A DNA stretch of 64,000 nucleotides from Bacillota bacterium (GCA_050951805.1 JBMNJT010000007.1:12521-76520), one strand, 5' to 3'; shown: positions 1-11,567, counted from the first letter of the stretch. Numbers and translations: made by a program. The notes: generated from the letters alone by a model not told the origin.

Positions 1-1
1 T

Positions 2-78
2 GCCGTGAATTTCAAGACCAGGGTGTGCGGGGATGTCCTGCTCCAGCTCGGTCGCGACCTGTTGAGGCAATTGCAATG
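2..78 (+). CDS. 3' end of a gene entering from the left edge (unknown product)
   Basis: Open frame AVNFKTRVCGDVLLQLGRDLLRQLQ* ends at TGA 76-78 and is followed by a GC hairpin. Confidence 0.35.
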
Positions 79-88
79 ACCTCGGATA

Positions 89-114
89 AAGGCGCACCGG
101 GCGCGCTGCGCCTT
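89..114. terminator. Hairpin between convergent genes
   Basis: AAGGCGCA-N10-TGCGCCTT inverted repeat. Confidence 0.45.
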
Positions 115-165
115 CACCCGAAAGCAGACCTGGTGAGGCATCTTGCATGATCTAGGCTTTGGGCA

Positions 166-1419
166 TCAGGCGCGGCGCGGTTCTTCTACCGCAAAAAGAA
201 AGATACAGACGGCTGCTATCCCGGCTGCGAGCGATATGGAGAACATCGCCGGAAATCCTGCAATGTCGGAGATGTATCCTCCAAGGATTGGTGCGCCAGT
301 CCTGAACGGGGCAAGCAGCATCCAGGAAAACGCGGTGTACATTGGCACATCAGTGTGGGTGGGCGCAAACTCGGCAAGGATGAGATTGTGGCTCACCGCT
401 ATTCCGCTCATTCCGATGTTGGCGAACACTACCGCCGGGTACATCTCCGTCACGTTGTTGGCGGCAAGGGCGAGCGCTGCGCCACATGCGAAACAGGCTG
501 CCGTAATCTCCAGGCTCAGTTTATGTCCCTCTCTATCGGCTATCCAGCCCAATGCGGGCATGCCTACGATAGTGGCCCCGACAGCGAAAGCTGTTAGCCT
601 TCCAACATCTCTCGTGCCTGCTCCGAAAAGTCTGACCGCGTATGTCGAGTAGAACGATGTCGCCGACATGGCAAAGGCCATCACGGCCAAGGCTGCGATC
701 GTCCAGACGTAGGCTCTGTCCTCCCGCACCTCGTAAGATGCAGCGGCAATATACTCCTTGACTGATCTAGATCCTTCAGACTTCTCATCCGGAGGTTCGC
801 GAAGCCATATGAACTGCACAAGCGATGCAATGAGAATCACGAAGGCCATGATGAACAGCAGCGCGAAATTTCTCGGAAACTCAACCGTCTCCAGGATATA
901 GCCTGCGGTTTCAGCGCCGATTATGCCGAATACTCCCGACAACGCGCCCGCCCATCCAAAAAGCCCTCCCCTCTGATCAATGGGAATGCATTTTGGAAGA
1001 ATGGCATAGTATACCGTCATGTTGATCCCCGCCATCAAGCTGGCAAGGGTCCAAGCCAACAGGAACAGTTTCACGGCAAGAGAAGGCTTCGCAACGCCCC
1101 ATATCGCCACTATTCCTGCCATGGAGAGAATAAACAACCGCTCAGCCAGGCCAAGCGCAACGAAGAGCCTCTTTTTGAGAGGCAACCGTTCCAGAAATGG
1201 AGCGATGAGTATGCCAGGCATCAGGGCGCCAAGGCTCTGAATGGCAGGCACAAGCCCAATCGCAAGGTTGGACGCACCCAAATCGGTAAGTAGAAGTGGC
1301 ATTATCGTGCTAGTCGATATTAGAGAGAACGCCAAGGGATACCCAAAGGCATCTATGAAAAACAGCTTATAGTTAACCCTTGCATCCCGACGGCGATGTT
1401 GGGCCCTAACAACAGTCAA
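166..1419 (-). CDS. MFS transporter
   Basis: 417 aa with about 12 hydrophobic segments; MFS motif A-like GWIADREGHK in the second half. Confidence 0.85.
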   Translation of the reverse strand: MTVVRAQHRRRDARVNYKLFFIDAFGYPLAFSLISTSTIMPLLLTDLGASNLAIGLVPAIQSLGALMPGILIAPFLERLPLKKRLFVALGLAERLFILSMAGIVAIWGVAKPSLAVKLFLLAWTLASLMAGINMTVYYAILPKCIPIDQRGGLFGWAGALSGVFGIIGAETAGYILETVEFPRNFALLFIMAFVILIASLVQFIWLREPPDEKSEGSRSVKEYIAAASYEVREDRAYVWTIAALAVMAFAMSATSFYSTYAVRLFGAGTRDVGRLTAFAVGATIVGMPALGWIADREGHKLSLEITAACFACGAALALAANNVTEMYPAVVFANIGMSGIAVSHNLILAEFAPTHTDVPMYTAFSWMLLAPFRTGAPILGGYISDIAGFPAMFSISLAAGIAAVCIFLFAVEEPRRA

Positions 1420-1683
1420 GCATTATTCACTCCTAAATCATGTACAACTATTCTTGCAAGAACAGCAGCAACATAACAAGAGCGCAAGGCTCATGCTCTT
1501 TTTGACTCCACCCGCTTCGTTGCAGTGGGATTATCAAGAAAAAAAGCCCATCGCGACCGCGAAGGCCGTGGGCCCAAGATGTATTATACACTAATGTATA
1601 AAGGCGTGTGAAGGTGGGCACTTCCCAAGCCCTAACAGCGAGTGCATCCCAACCTCATTCAGTTTTGCATTGCCTCCAACCAT

Positions 1684-2718
1684 CTACCCCGGGACAAGAG
1701 CGTCCCTTCGTAAATATCCATGCGGGTGGCTGCTATGCCACTTCCAGGCCGAGGCTATGATATCGCTAATGGCCGTATAATGTGGCGCCCATCCGAGCTC
1801 ATTCACAGCCTTGTCGGAAGAGGCAACCAGAACGGCCGGGTCGCCCGCGCGCCTTTCGCCATGGACTGCAGGAATGCGCTTGCCCACTGCGCGTTCTGCT
1901 TCCCGAAGAACCTCGAGCACAGAAAAACCTGACCCGTTGCCAAGATTGTACGCCGTAGTTGCGGCCCCGCGCGACAGCGCGTCCATCGCAGAAAGATGCG
2001 CTTCGGCAAGATCGTCTACGTGGATATAGTCACGGATGCAAGTCCCATCTGGGGTCGGGTAGTCAGTCCCGAACACGCTTATGTTCTCACGAAGGCCTAG
2101 AGCAGCCGAAAGGATGATGGGGATGAGATGGGTTTCAGGGTCATGGGCCTCCCCCATCTCTCCAGAGCCATGCGCGCCCGCCGCGTTAAAATAGCGAAGG
2201 GATATGGACCTTATCCCATAAGCCTGGTCGTAGCCGATAAGCATGTGTTCTATGGCGAGCTTTGTCATGCCATACGTGCTCGTTGGAGCTTTGGGATGGT
2301 CTTCGCGGATAGGCGTTGTAGTAGGCTCCCCATATACGGCCGCACTCGACGAAAAGACTATCTTATCGACTTTAGCCTCCGCCATTGCATCTAAGAGCTC
2401 GACGGCGCACCCAACGTTGTTGCGCCAATACTTCGACGGGTTGCGCATGGATTCTCCCACTAAACTGGCTGCTGCGAAATGCATGACAGCGTCGATCTCC
2501 TTCGAGACGAGAAGCTCGCGTACCCGGGTCCCATCGCCAACATCGCCAACAACAAGTTCCACGCATCCCCCGCCCGCCACCCTTCGAGCAACGTCCACGG
2601 CCTCCGGATGCCCAGTGGACAGATTGTCGAGAACAATCACCGAGTGACCCGCTTGAGCCAGGCTGCGAACAACATGGCTTCCCACATATCCCGCGCCTCC
2701 AACTGCAAGCACTCTCAA
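1684..2718 (-). CDS. galE: UDP-glucose 4-epimerase
   Basis: Motifs GGAGYVGSH, HFAA.SLVGES, FSSSAAVYG, YGMTK, LRYFNAAGA, DGTCIRDYIHV. TTG start at 2718 follows AAGGGGGA. Confidence 0.95.
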   Translation of the reverse strand: MRVLAVGGAGYVGSHVVRSLAQAGHSVIVLDNLSTGHPEAVDVARRVAGGGCVELVVGDVGDGTRVRELLVSKEIDAVMHFAAASLVGESMRNPSKYWRNNVGCAVELLDAMAEAKVDKIVFSSSAAVYGEPTTTPIREDHPKAPTSTYGMTKLAIEHMLIGYDQAYGIRSISLRYFNAAGAHGSGEMGEAHDPETHLIPIILSAALGLRENISVFGTDYPTPDGTCIRDYIHVDDLAEAHLSAMDALSRGAATTAYNLGNGSGFSVLEVLREAERAVGKRIPAVHGERRAGDPAVLVASSDKAVNELGWAPHYTAISDIIASAWKWHSSHPHGYLRRDALVPG

Positions 2719-3240
2719 AGCAAAATCCCCCTTCAAAAGAAACACAGAGTGCACTTCGACAGGAGGATCATTCTCACCTTCTCACTGCCAGGCAATTCAT
2801 GGCGGCGCTGACGGCCCTCAGCGCGGGCACCGCCCAGGGAACGTGCATATAGCGCAAAGCCGGATTCGAGGTTGCTCTGCACCGTAGATTGAATTGTCGG
2901 CGCAAGCGGGTTTTAGGGGGGAAGAGCGACCAACTTTTAGTCAGCCCCTAGTCCAAACCTTGAGCACTTGCGATCGCGATGTGACTGGAAGTTGGCTAGG
3001 TTCGTTTCCAACCTCCGCTTAGACCTTGGCTTCTTGTCCGGGCCTCGAAGGCTTTTGGGGATACGCCTGAACAATCAGTTCCTGGAGAACTTTGGCAAGA
3101 TGACCCTGCAATAATCCTGTAGCCTCGCTGCTTTACGCTTTGGCCATGTGAAAGGCAATAGCACTGGCAGGATTCCATCCCAATGGCTCCTATGTCACGT
3201 GGCACAGACACTGTTCATCAGCAAATGTTTGGGGCGGGGG

Positions 3241-3444
3241 CTATTGCCCCCGCCTCGTGAGCTGATCAGCCATCGCCCGCTGCGCTTTCTCGATAAGGCT
3301 TCGGACGATCAAACCAGCTTCGCGGGTAGTGATGTTACCATAGTCATACCCGTCGGCGCCCACTTGGATTTTGTCGGCGAAGCCAAGTTCTCGAGCGATT
3401 TCGTATTTGACTTCGTCTGAAACTATGGGACGACGATTAGCCAA
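3241..3444 (-). CDS. SspF-like small acid-soluble spore protein (alpha/beta SASP family)
   Basis: MANRRPIVSDEVKYEIARELGF...GNITTREAGLIVRSLIEKAQ matches the SspF pattern. TTG start follows GGGGTGA. Confidence 0.8.
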   Translation of the reverse strand: MANRRPIVSDEVKYEIARELGFADKIQVGADGYDYGNITTREAGLIVRSLIEKAQRAMADQLTRRGQ

Positions 3445-3574
3445 GGCAATCACCCCAAGAGTATGGTTCCACGCAAACGTCCCAGAAAAACAAGCATGCT
3501 GCTGGGTAAAGCGGCGGCATTCCCCGCAACCTCCAAGCAGCCTAAATTCCTGCAGACAACCGTCAAACGCCATA

Positions 3575-4516
3575 TCAGTTCATAGATGGGCTTCTTTCAC
3601 TTTTCATAAGTTCCATGAAAACTTCAACCCAGTCAGGATCGAACTGAGTCCCCGCATTTTCGGCAATTTCTTTGATAGCCTCGGAACGAAGCAGAGCTAG
3701 GCGATAGGGGCGGTCCGATGTCATAGCGTCAAAGCTGTCTGCTATAGCAAGTATCCTGGCCATTTCGGGTATAGCGTCCCCAGAAAGCCCGTCTGGGTAG
3801 CCTGCTCCATCATACCTTTCATGGTGATGCCTTACGGCTCTTGCAATTTGCGCCATAAAAGCGGCAGGTTGCAGAAGCATTTTCTCTCCGATAACGGGGT
3901 GCTTCCGCACCTCAGCCCATTCCTCAGCAGAAAGCGATCCGGCCTTCGCCAATACCTCTTCCCCAATCAACGCTTTTCCTATGTCGTGCAGTGTACCAGC
4001 CAAAGCCAATTCTCGGTAGTCTCCGCCCGTTCCCCACCTCATTCTGGCCATTGCCACAGACATGTTTCGCACTCGAAAAGAGTGTCGTGCGGTCTGGTGA
4101 TCGATCACGCCTATGGACTTTACCAACCCTTCCACGCCTTCTGAAATGACAGCAATCATAGCGTTAGCAACATTCCTGATCGCGTAGCCTCTGGCATCAC
4201 TGGAATCGCTTCTACTCTCATAGTCTGAAAAGCCGCATACAACATCGCCCAACCTGGAACCTTCGCCATCGGTCAGCTTGATCCGTCTGACCACGTGCTT
4301 GAGCCTCTTGCAAGCATAGCCAGATTCTCTGCCGCCATCTGCACAAGAACAATTGGATTCGGCGCAAGCTGCGAAATCCTCCCCGACTATGACCCCCCAC
4401 TCACTTCTGGCCATTCGGTTCGAAATCACAACCCTCCCGTCGCAGTCAAGCACTACAATACCCTCCGGCATCTCCTCGATCGCGCTTTTTGCCAACATTT
4501 CTATGTTCGGATTCAA
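3575..4516 (-). CDS. PAS-like + HD-GYP domain c-di-GMP phosphodiesterase
   Basis: Motifs HSFRV, LHDIGK, HHERYDGAGYPDGL, IADSFDAMTSDRPYR; RBS GGAGG upstream. Confidence 0.9.
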   Translation of the reverse strand: MNPNIEMLAKSAIEEMPEGIVVLDCDGRVVISNRMARSEWGVIVGEDFAACAESNCSCADGGRESGYACKRLKHVVRRIKLTDGEGSRLGDVVCGFSDYESRSDSSDARGYAIRNVANAMIAVISEGVEGLVKSIGVIDHQTARHSFRVRNMSVAMARMRWGTGGDYRELALAGTLHDIGKALIGEEVLAKAGSLSAEEWAEVRKHPVIGEKMLLQPAAFMAQIARAVRHHHERYDGAGYPDGLSGDAIPEMARILAIADSFDAMTSDRPYRLALLRSEAIKEIAENAGTQFDPDWVEVFMELMKSERSPSMN

Positions 4517-4886
4517 CTGCGGGCAACCTCCTGAGAGAAATGGTCTCTATATTAAACCGACCAGGAGTGTGCAATGGCGCTTCATTTGCGGAAATTCAGT
4601 CGCCCGCCAACACCAACTCAGGGAGCACACCATAAATCTGCGCTCCGACCAACCTGGAACGGAATATCGGCATGGCAAATTCAAATACCAACAAAGAAGT
4701 ATAGAACTCCAAACCAATGGTGTCAATATAGGGCGTGGTTTCCAAGCTTATACTCCACATATTCTGTGTTGTTTCCAGTCGCGAACCCCCACCGAAATAG
4801 CAGTGCAGGCTGGAAAACCATCCTGCACTGCATGGCCTAGGGCCAAATGTCCGTAATCTCGCTACCTATATCTATACGTGCTTTCT

Positions 4887-6782
4887 TCAGACCTTGAACT
4901 GCCCCACAAGCTCGGTCAATCTGCCAGCCATCCTCGAAAGAGACTCAGCGGAAGCCGTCATCTCTTCAACCGATGCGCTGATTTCCTCGACCGACGCCGA
5001 AGATTCTTCTGCAGCTGCAGCAGTCTCTTCGGCAACTGCAGCAGTATTATCTGCAGACTCGCGCACCTCATCTGCCAAGCCTGCAAGCTCCTCGGCTACG
5101 ACCCTATTGTGGCCGGCCAATTTAACCAGGTCTCTCATAACCTCTTCCACTCGGGCACTGTTCTCGAGGAGCTGATCAGTTTTGCCCATTATGTTCTCTA
5201 TGTCCTTTTCCGTCCGATTCGCGATCTCAAAAACCCTGTTGAACACGGCGCCCGTTTCTGTGGAGAGGGAACTTACCTTTTCCACCTCTTCCGCACTGGT
5301 CCTTATCGTCGCCACCGATCCGGCGGTAGCCTCCCTGACCCTCATCACTAATTCAGCGATCGCCTTGGTCTCAGCAGCCGAGCTTTCGGCAAGCTTCCTG
5401 ACTTCGTCTGCCACGACCGCGAAGCCGCGTCCGTGTTCGCCTGCTCTTGCAGCTTCTATTGCGGCGTTTAAAGCTAAGAGGTTAGTCTGGTCCGCTATGT
5501 CGCCTATCACTTCGAGGATCTTGCCGATCTCCTGAGAGTAAGCGTCGAGTTCTTCTATTCGCTCCACCACGTCATCGGTAGTCTCCTTGACGCGCTCTAT
5601 GCCCTCGATGACCTGGTTCACATTTTCTATGCCTTCACCGGCCATTCTGGCATTATCGGCAGAAGCCTCTGACGTAACGCGCAATCCCTCGCCTGTCTCT
5701 GCCAGTGATGAGATCATGCTCGCCACTACTTCGAAGGTCTCCTCTATATGGCTCTCCTGTTGCCCAGCATCCTCCGCCAACTTGTTTATGGACTCATTCA
5801 TTCTGTCAGCAAGCTCTACGCTGCGCCTGGCATGCTCGCTTTCATCCTGAGCTCCCTGGGCAACCTGGACTGTAGATGCTGCAATTTGCTGTGCCGCTTT
5901 CGACACTTCCCCCGATCCTGCCGCCAGCTCCTCGCTGGCCGTGGCGACTTCGTTGGCCGTAATTGATATCTTACCAATTATGCCCTGCAGCTTGTCGGCG
6001 AATACGTTGAAGTGCTCGGCCAAATGGCCGATTTCATCCGTTGTCAATACCTCAAGACGTTGTGTGAGGTCTCCCTCCCCCTGGGAAATGTCTTTCAACA
6101 TTTCTACCGTGTCCTTCACAGGCACAGCAATGCTTTTTGCCAGTGCAAAGGCTATGGCTCCGGCAAGAATTACTCCAACAACAGCACTCAAAACCGCCGC
6201 CGATATCTGCTTCTTGCGTGCCGCCAGCACTTGGCCGGCGTCCAGATCGACAGCAAGCACGCCGGCGACATCACCTGTGCAGTTGAAGATAGGAGCATAG
6301 GCTGTAAGAAAGGTACCCCACTCGTCTCTCTCAAGATCCTCCATCACAGAGGCGGCGCCGGCAAAAGCCCGCTCCATAGCGGGGTTAGATTGATACAGGT
6401 GCCCAATCTCCGCGTGGTCCTCACCGTCAGTCTCATCAACAACTATGATTACCTCGCCATCTGTATCCTTCGCCAGAGTGTACACGAAAACCACGTCCGG
6501 ATTATCGTTTCGCACTCTCCTCAAGTACTCCTGAATCGACTCATACGCATAGGTATCTTCCATTCGAAGCTCAACAACGGCACAGTGTTCGTCGCCATCT
6601 ATGTTCGAAGCCGCGGTCCGGGCTATGGCCAGTATGCGCTGCTGTATCTCGGCAAACACCCGTGACCAGCTTTGAAAATAGAATACACATCCCGTGATAG
6701 CCACAACAGCCAAAACCAAGCAGGTAATCACAACAACCAGCTTGGTCCTGAGTGAATTGAATTTCACTGTATCTACCCCCAA
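4887..6782 (-). CDS. Methyl-accepting chemotaxis protein (Cache-like sensor, HAMP)
   Basis: Two TM segments, HAMP (GDLTQRL...DEIG), signalling tip [38 protein letters not shown]. Confidence 0.95.
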   Translation of the reverse strand: MGVDTVKFNSLRTKLVVVITCLVLAVVAITGCVFYFQSWSRVFAEIQQRILAIARTAASNIDGDEHCAVVELRMEDTYAYESIQEYLRRVRNDNPDVVFVYTLAKDTDGEVIIVVDETDGEDHAEIGHLYQSNPAMERAFAGAASVMEDLERDEWGTFLTAYAPIFNCTGDVAGVLAVDLDAGQVLAARKKQISAAVLSAVVGVILAGAIAFALAKSIAVPVKDTVEMLKDISQGEGDLTQRLEVLTTDEIGHLAEHFNVFADKLQGIIGKISITANEVATASEELAAGSGEVSKAAQQIAASTVQVAQGAQDESEHARRSVELADRMNESINKLAEDAGQQESHIEETFEVVASMISSLAETGEGLRVTSEASADNARMAGEGIENVNQVIEGIERVKETTDDVVERIEELDAYSQEIGKILEVIGDIADQTNLLALNAAIEAARAGEHGRGFAVVADEVRKLAESSAAETKAIAELVMRVREATAGSVATIRTSAEEVEKVSSLSTETGAVFNRVFEIANRTEKDIENIMGKTDQLLENSARVEEVMRDLVKLAGHNRVVAEELAGLADEVRESADNTAAVAEETAAAAEESSASVEEISASVEEMTASAESLSRMAGRLTELVGQFKV

Positions 6783-6943
6783 AAAACATCCCTGAAGGCC
6801 TTTCGACGCGCTGGCCTACAATTCCCGAAATCATATATTCCATCGGGCATACCCGCCAACCAGGCATCAATTGCCGCAGCAGATCAAGACCGCCTTTTGC
6901 GACACAAATTCCCCTGCGGTAAAGGACATGCGGGTTGCGCCGA

Positions 6944-8824
6944 CTACACCATGAATTTAGCGACGCTTTGCTGCAGGCGGGCAGACATTTCGGCAAGGGT
7001 TTGGGCAGAAGACGCCACCCGCTGTACAGCTGCGCTGATCTCCTCAGTCGAAGCCGAAACTTCTTCTACCGATGCCGCGCTCTCTGCAGCTGCAGCCGCA
7101 ATCATCTCTACCGCCTGTTCGACTCTGCCGATGTGAACACTCATGTTCTGTGCATCATCCGTATTGGACTGAGCAATCTCGAGTACCTCCTTCATGTTCG
7201 CTTCCACCTGCCTAGCAATCATCCTGAACTGTTCAATCTCTTTCATCATGCTATCAATGGCCAAGGCAGTCTCTTCGGCGGCGTTTGATATGTCAACAAG
7301 CGTCTTGCCGGCTTCTTGGGCGGCACAATTCCCGTCCGAAACCTCCCGCCCCTGCAGTTTCATGGTAGCCGCGGCCTGTTCTGTCGACTCTCTAACTTGC
7401 TGAATGAGGCCTCCAATAGCCCTTGTCTCTCTTGCAGAGCTTTCGGCAAGCTTTCGAACTTCTTCAGCCACAACTGCGAACCCGCGACCTTGTTCACCTG
7501 CCCTCGCTGCCTCTATGGCGGCGTTGAGCGCCAAAAGGTTGGTCTGGTCCGCAATATCCTCTATCACGCCAACGATCCTTCCGATCTCGTGTGAAAGTCC
7601 TTCGAGTTCGCTGATTCTTTCAGACGCGGCAATCGTCTTCTTGTCGATCTCGGCCATCCTTGCTGCCAATCCATCCACCACTTTGCACCCGTCAGTAGCC
7701 GCCTCAACATTGCGCCTGGTTGACAGACGCACGTCGTCAATTAGGATCAACGTCTTGTCAAACGAATGGCCCATCTCGTCGTACGCAGCAGATGTACGGC
7801 TCACAACGTCGGCCTGAGTCTCAGCTCCTTCGTGTACACGTCTGATAGACTTTCCTAGTTCAGCTGTGGACAATGCAGTCTCATTCGCCGAGTGCGACTG
7901 TTCCTGAGCCTGACCGGCAATTTGCCGTACTGTTGTGGTCACTTCCTGAATTGACGCCGCCGTTTCTTCCGAACCCGCCGAAAGCTCCTGGCTAGCTGCG
8001 GCGACATCACGAGCCATTGCAGAAGATTCAGAAACAACGTTGCGCAAGTTGGCAATCATGCCGCCGAAGGCCCGCGTTAGCACGCCCATTTCGTCCGCAG
8101 CTTCTGAATTCGCATCTACAGTCAAATCGCCCGCGGCCACTCTCGGCGCAAGCATCGCCAGTTTCCTGGCTGGCTCCGCAATAGAACGTCCTATAGGAAA
8201 CCCGACAGCGAGACCTGCGAGGGCACCAATCGCTGTGATCCAGACGATCCGGCGAAGGTTGCGAGTAGCGTTAAGCTGGATTCTCTCGATAACGCTGTCT
8301 GTTTCTCCTTTGACGCATGCAACAAGCTGATCATGGAGACCTTCCAGTTCAGCCTTGATAACTTGTCCATTGTTCATGTTGAATCTCGCCGTATCTGCCG
8401 CGCCCATCCTTGCAAGAGACTCCACCTCTGCAACGAAAGAGAGATATTCCTCCCATAGGCCCTGCAATTCATCATAAACCCCACGTCCCTTTGGGGTTTT
8501 GAGTCGTCCCTGAACTATTCTCATGTTCTTTTCATGGGCTTGCTTAGCCTCTTCTATCTTGTGTTCGTAATATGTAAGCGTATCGTAATCCTCGGCCATC
8601 ACAAGCTGAGCAAGGCAACTGTCAATACTCACAGCCGCCGTTTGAGCCTTGAGCGCGTTTTCCAGCTGCGGAATATATCTGCTGGCCATCTCGTCAACAT
8701 CCGAAGCGAGAGAATTTATCGTCGACATACACACCCACGCTGTAGCTCCCATAATGGCCGCAAATACGATGAAAATCAGGAGGAACTTCCAGGTCAAGCC
8801 GATGTTCATGACCCACTTTCTCAT
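6944..8824 (-). CDS. Methyl-accepting chemotaxis protein (four-helix-bundle sensor, HAMP)
   Basis: TM, helical sensor, TM, HAMP, then [27 protein letters not shown]. Confidence 0.95.
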   Translation of the reverse strand: MRKWVMNIGLTWKFLLIFIVFAAIMGATAWVCMSTINSLASDVDEMASRYIPQLENALKAQTAAVSIDSCLAQLVMAEDYDTLTYYEHKIEEAKQAHEKNMRIVQGRLKTPKGRGVYDELQGLWEEYLSFVAEVESLARMGAADTARFNMNNGQVIKAELEGLHDQLVACVKGETDSVIERIQLNATRNLRRIVWITAIGALAGLAVGFPIGRSIAEPARKLAMLAPRVAAGDLTVDANSEAADEMGVLTRAFGGMIANLRNVVSESSAMARDVAAASQELSAGSEETAASIQEVTTTVRQIAGQAQEQSHSANETALSTAELGKSIRRVHEGAETQADVVSRTSAAYDEMGHSFDKTLILIDDVRLSTRRNVEAATDGCKVVDGLAARMAEIDKKTIAASERISELEGLSHEIGRIVGVIEDIADQTNLLALNAAIEAARAGEQGRGFAVVAEEVRKLAESSARETRAIGGLIQQVRESTEQAAATMKLQGREVSDGNCAAQEAGKTLVDISNAAEETALAIDSMMKEIEQFRMIARQVEANMKEVLEIAQSNTDDAQNMSVHIGRVEQAVEMIAAAAAESAASVEEVSASTEEISAAVQRVASSAQTLAEMSARLQQSVAKFMV

Positions 8825-9077
8825 CTTCCCCCATATACCCCCTTAAATGGGCAGGCAAACACACCACCGCTGTCTCCATGGCCAACACAAAGAACAGAAC
8901 TGAGTATCAGACATGAATGGGGCCCAAATATGGATCTCCTTTCTATTATCGGCATCCATGTGGCATTCCTTATGTCCAATGCTTTCTGTATCAGTTCCAC
9001 GCCACACCGCAGGGAATATCCTGTGATAGACATATCCTCAACACGAGGAGCCATAAGCACGAACGGAGTGGGTGTAT

Positions 9078-9362
9078 ATGGCGTTTTACTACGATTACTA
9101 CGTATTGCCGGAGGAGACTGCTTGCAACTGTGCATCTTATCCTGGGTATGACTTGTGGGCAGATCAATTCGGCCGCCCATGGCCTGGCCCACCATGGTGG
9201 TATAGTCCATGGTGGTGGTATCCGCCGTGGTGGTACGGTCCATGGCATCCCTGGGGCAGAACGCCCGGTCCAGGCCCCGGAGGTCCTGGAACTGGCCATC
9301 CGGGCGGGCCTTCGCTTCCTCCAGACTTCCAGCGACCGCGAAGCGATGAGGTAGAACAATAA
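9078..9362 (+). CDS. Small Trp/Pro/Tyr/Gly-rich protein, possibly spore coat-associated
   Basis: RBS-like GGAGTGGGTG precedes ATG 9078; low-complexity WWYSPWWWYPPWWYGPW and PGPGPGGPG; followed by a hairpin. Confidence 0.6.
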   Translation: MAFYYDYYVLPEETACNCASYPGYDLWADQFGRPWPGPPWWYSPWWWYPPWWYGPWHPWGRTPGPGPGGPGTGHPGGPSLPPDFQRPRSDEVEQ

Positions 9363-9445
9363 CCCAGAGCGGAAAGAACGGTTCGCACAGCAAGACAATA
9401 ATTAGTCTGTCAATAGCACAGATACACGACTCAATAATGTCGTCG

Positions 9446-9475
9446 AGGGCAGGGATTGTCCCTGCCCTCACATTC
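9446..9475 (+). terminator. Stem-loop used as the insertion target of intron copy A
   Basis: AGGGCAGGGA-TTG-TCCCTGCCCT, then CACATTC and the intron 5' end. Confidence 0.75.
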
Positions 9476-11567
9476 GTTCGCCCGGCATGTTTGTTGAGCC
9501 GATGGACTGAAAGAAGTCCTGTCACCTAACCAGCGGGAAGACAACCCCAAGGCAAGGGCGTCGCTGGTAACGGCGGGGTCTGAAGGAAGCTTTAAGGGGG
9601 AACACGGAACGTAGCGAAAGCGAACCGAAGTTGGCCTGTCAGGTGGGTAACCTTGCGAAGTATGGGAAAGCCCGAAAGCTGGATAACCTGGGGGGTTTTG
9701 ACGGACGGGTTCGTGTTCAGGCAGACAAACTTAACCGGGGAAGCCCTGCATCATCCAGATAGCTGGTAAGCCCAAACAAGCGGAGACGCAAGGATGGGAA
9801 TATGTGGTGTGGGGTGGCAGATGAGTCCGTAGTAGTTATGAACCCTCAGCCCATGAAAGCTGGCAACAGACCGGAGGATAAAACTGAGGGGACAGCGGCC
9901 GGGAGCTGCTGGGCTGCATAGGCCAAAAGCCTATGCAGTTGCGAAGGGACGAAGGCAAACCAAAGCGTGCAACCTAGTTACAGGCAAGCATGGGAGAGAG
10001 ATAACAGAGGCTGAAATGCCGATGGGAACGGGGGAGCCGGGGGCGACGAGTCTGCTGGTCCCTGCGCCCGCTCAGCAGAGTATCAAAGTTTCGCGGGGTA
10101 GATTGCCTTAGAGCTAGAGACGCCTCGCAGGCCTTGGGAAGAAACTGCAACCATGCAAGCTTGATGGCCAAGGAAGCACGGCGAGATGAAGGAGCTAATT
10201 GATGAAACACTACAGCTTGATCGATAAGGTTTACCGGATGGATAACCTTAGAGCTGCATACAGGGCCGTCAGGGCCAACAACGGGGCTCCCGGGATAGAC
10301 GGTGAGACCGTGGACGCCTTCGGCGAGAACCTGGAAGCCAGGCTGGCAGAGATTTATCAGGAGCTCAGATCAGGATCTTACGAACCAAGTCCGGTGCGGC
10401 GGGTAGAGATACCGAAGCCAGACGGAAGCAAAAGGCCTCTTGGCATACCCACCGTTGGCGACAGAGTAGTGCAGCAAGCGCTGCTCAATGTGGTTCAGCC
10501 AATCTTCGACCCCGAATTCCATCCATCGAGCTATGGGTACCGACCCGGGCGATCCTGTCATCAAGCAGTGGCAAAGGCAGAGAGGTTCATTAATCGCTAC
10601 GGTCTCAAGCACGTAGTGGACATGGACTTGTCAAAATGCTTTGACCGACTCGATCATGACCTGATCATTGAGTCTGTGAACCGAAAGGTCAGCGACGGAA
10701 GCATACTTAAGCTGATCCGGAAGTTCCTTGAAGCAGGAGTCATGAAAGACGGGGCCTGGGAGGAAACAACCATAGGCAGTCCGCAAGGCGGAGTAATATC
10801 GCCTCTTCTTGCCAATATCTATCTTGACTACTTTGATCAAAAGATGAAGTCAAAGGACATCAGGATAGTGAGGTACGCTGACGATATACTCATCTTTGCG
10901 CGGACAAGGCGACAGGCGGAAAAGTTCTTGGAGATAGCGTGCGAGATCCTTGAGGGCGAGTTAAAGCTCGTTGTGAACAGGGATAAAACGCACATAACCA
11001 GCGTCTATAAGGGAGTGCCCTACCTTGGGTTTGTCATATACCCTAAGGTAGTAAGCATACACCCCAAGAAGCTGGCGAAGTTCAAGGACGCCGTCCGCAA
11101 GCTGACTCCCCGCAATCATGGGATGAGTGTTGAGCAGATGGTGAAGCGACTGAACCGATTCCTTCGTGGATGGATCAACTACTTTCGAATTGCGAACTGC
11201 AAGACGATAGTAGCCAGCCTGATGGGGTGGATAAGGCGGCGTCTGAGGATGAAGCAGATGAGGGAGTGGAAGAGCTGGAGGGGCCTGCATAAAGCACTTC
11301 GAAGGCGAGGCTACTCAGGCGAATTCCTAAAGATATCCATGAGACGATGGAGGAACTCGGCAAGTCCTCTGGTCAACATGGCGCTTCCTCAGGCTTGGTT
11401 CAGTGAGATAGGACTGATTGACCTCACGAAGTATGAGGTCGGCGTCTTGCATCTCTTCTATGAAGCGAAGTGACTAAGGTTTGCCAGGAGCCGTGTACGG
11501 GGCCCGTACGCACGGTTCTGTGAGAGGGATGACGCCAGGCTGATTACCTGGCGCCACCCTACTCGAT
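9476..11567 (+). mobile_element. Group II intron, class C-like, full-length copy A (2092 nt)
   Basis: 5' GTTCGCCCGGCATG; DV GAGCCGTGTACGGGGCCCGTACGCACGGTTC; DVI ending CCCTACTCGAT. Boundaries are defined by identity with two other copies; inserted 3' of a hairpin. Confidence 0.95.
10202..11473 (+). CDS. ltrA: Group II intron reverse transcriptase/maturase, no endonuclease domain
   Basis: Motifs RPLGIPTVGDRVVQQA, SYGYRPGRS, GSPQGGVISPLLANIYL, RYADD, X domain RGWINYF; RBS AAGGAG. Confidence 0.95.
   Translation: MKHYSLIDKVYRMDNLRAAYRAVRANNGAPGIDGETVDAFGENLEARLAEIYQELRSGSYEPSPVRRVEIPKPDGSKRPLGIPTVGDRVVQQALLNVVQPIFDPEFHPSSYGYRPGRSCHQAVAKAERFINRYGLKHVVDMDLSKCFDRLDHDLIIESVNRKVSDGSILKLIRKFLEAGVMKDGAWEETTIGSPQGGVISPLLANIYLDYFDQKMKSKDIRIVRYADDILIFARTRRQAEKFLEIACEILEGELKLVVNRDKTHITSVYKGVPYLGFVIYPKVVSIHPKKLAKFKDAVRKLTPRNHGMSVEQMVKRLNRFLRGWINYFRIANCKTIVASLMGWIRRRLRMKQMREWKSWRGLHKALRRRGYSGEFLKISMRRWRNSASPLVNMALPQAWFSEIGLIDLTKYEVGVLHLFYEAK

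Noticed and set aside
2800-3230. OLE RNA or another known large ncRNA
   Set aside because: I could not match hallmark sequences, and the usual ispA/oapA context is absent.
4517-6943. c-di-GMP riboswitch upstream of the HD-GYP or MCP genes
   Set aside because: No class I (GGCAAA...GACGCAAAG) or class II signature was recognised in either intergenic region.
8821-9525. 234-aa minus-strand ORF, and similar ORFs at 18978-19250, 9974-10210, 16186-16437 and 18293-18529
   Set aside because: They begin in or lie antisense to the intron RNA and recur with the repeat; they show no protein-like features.
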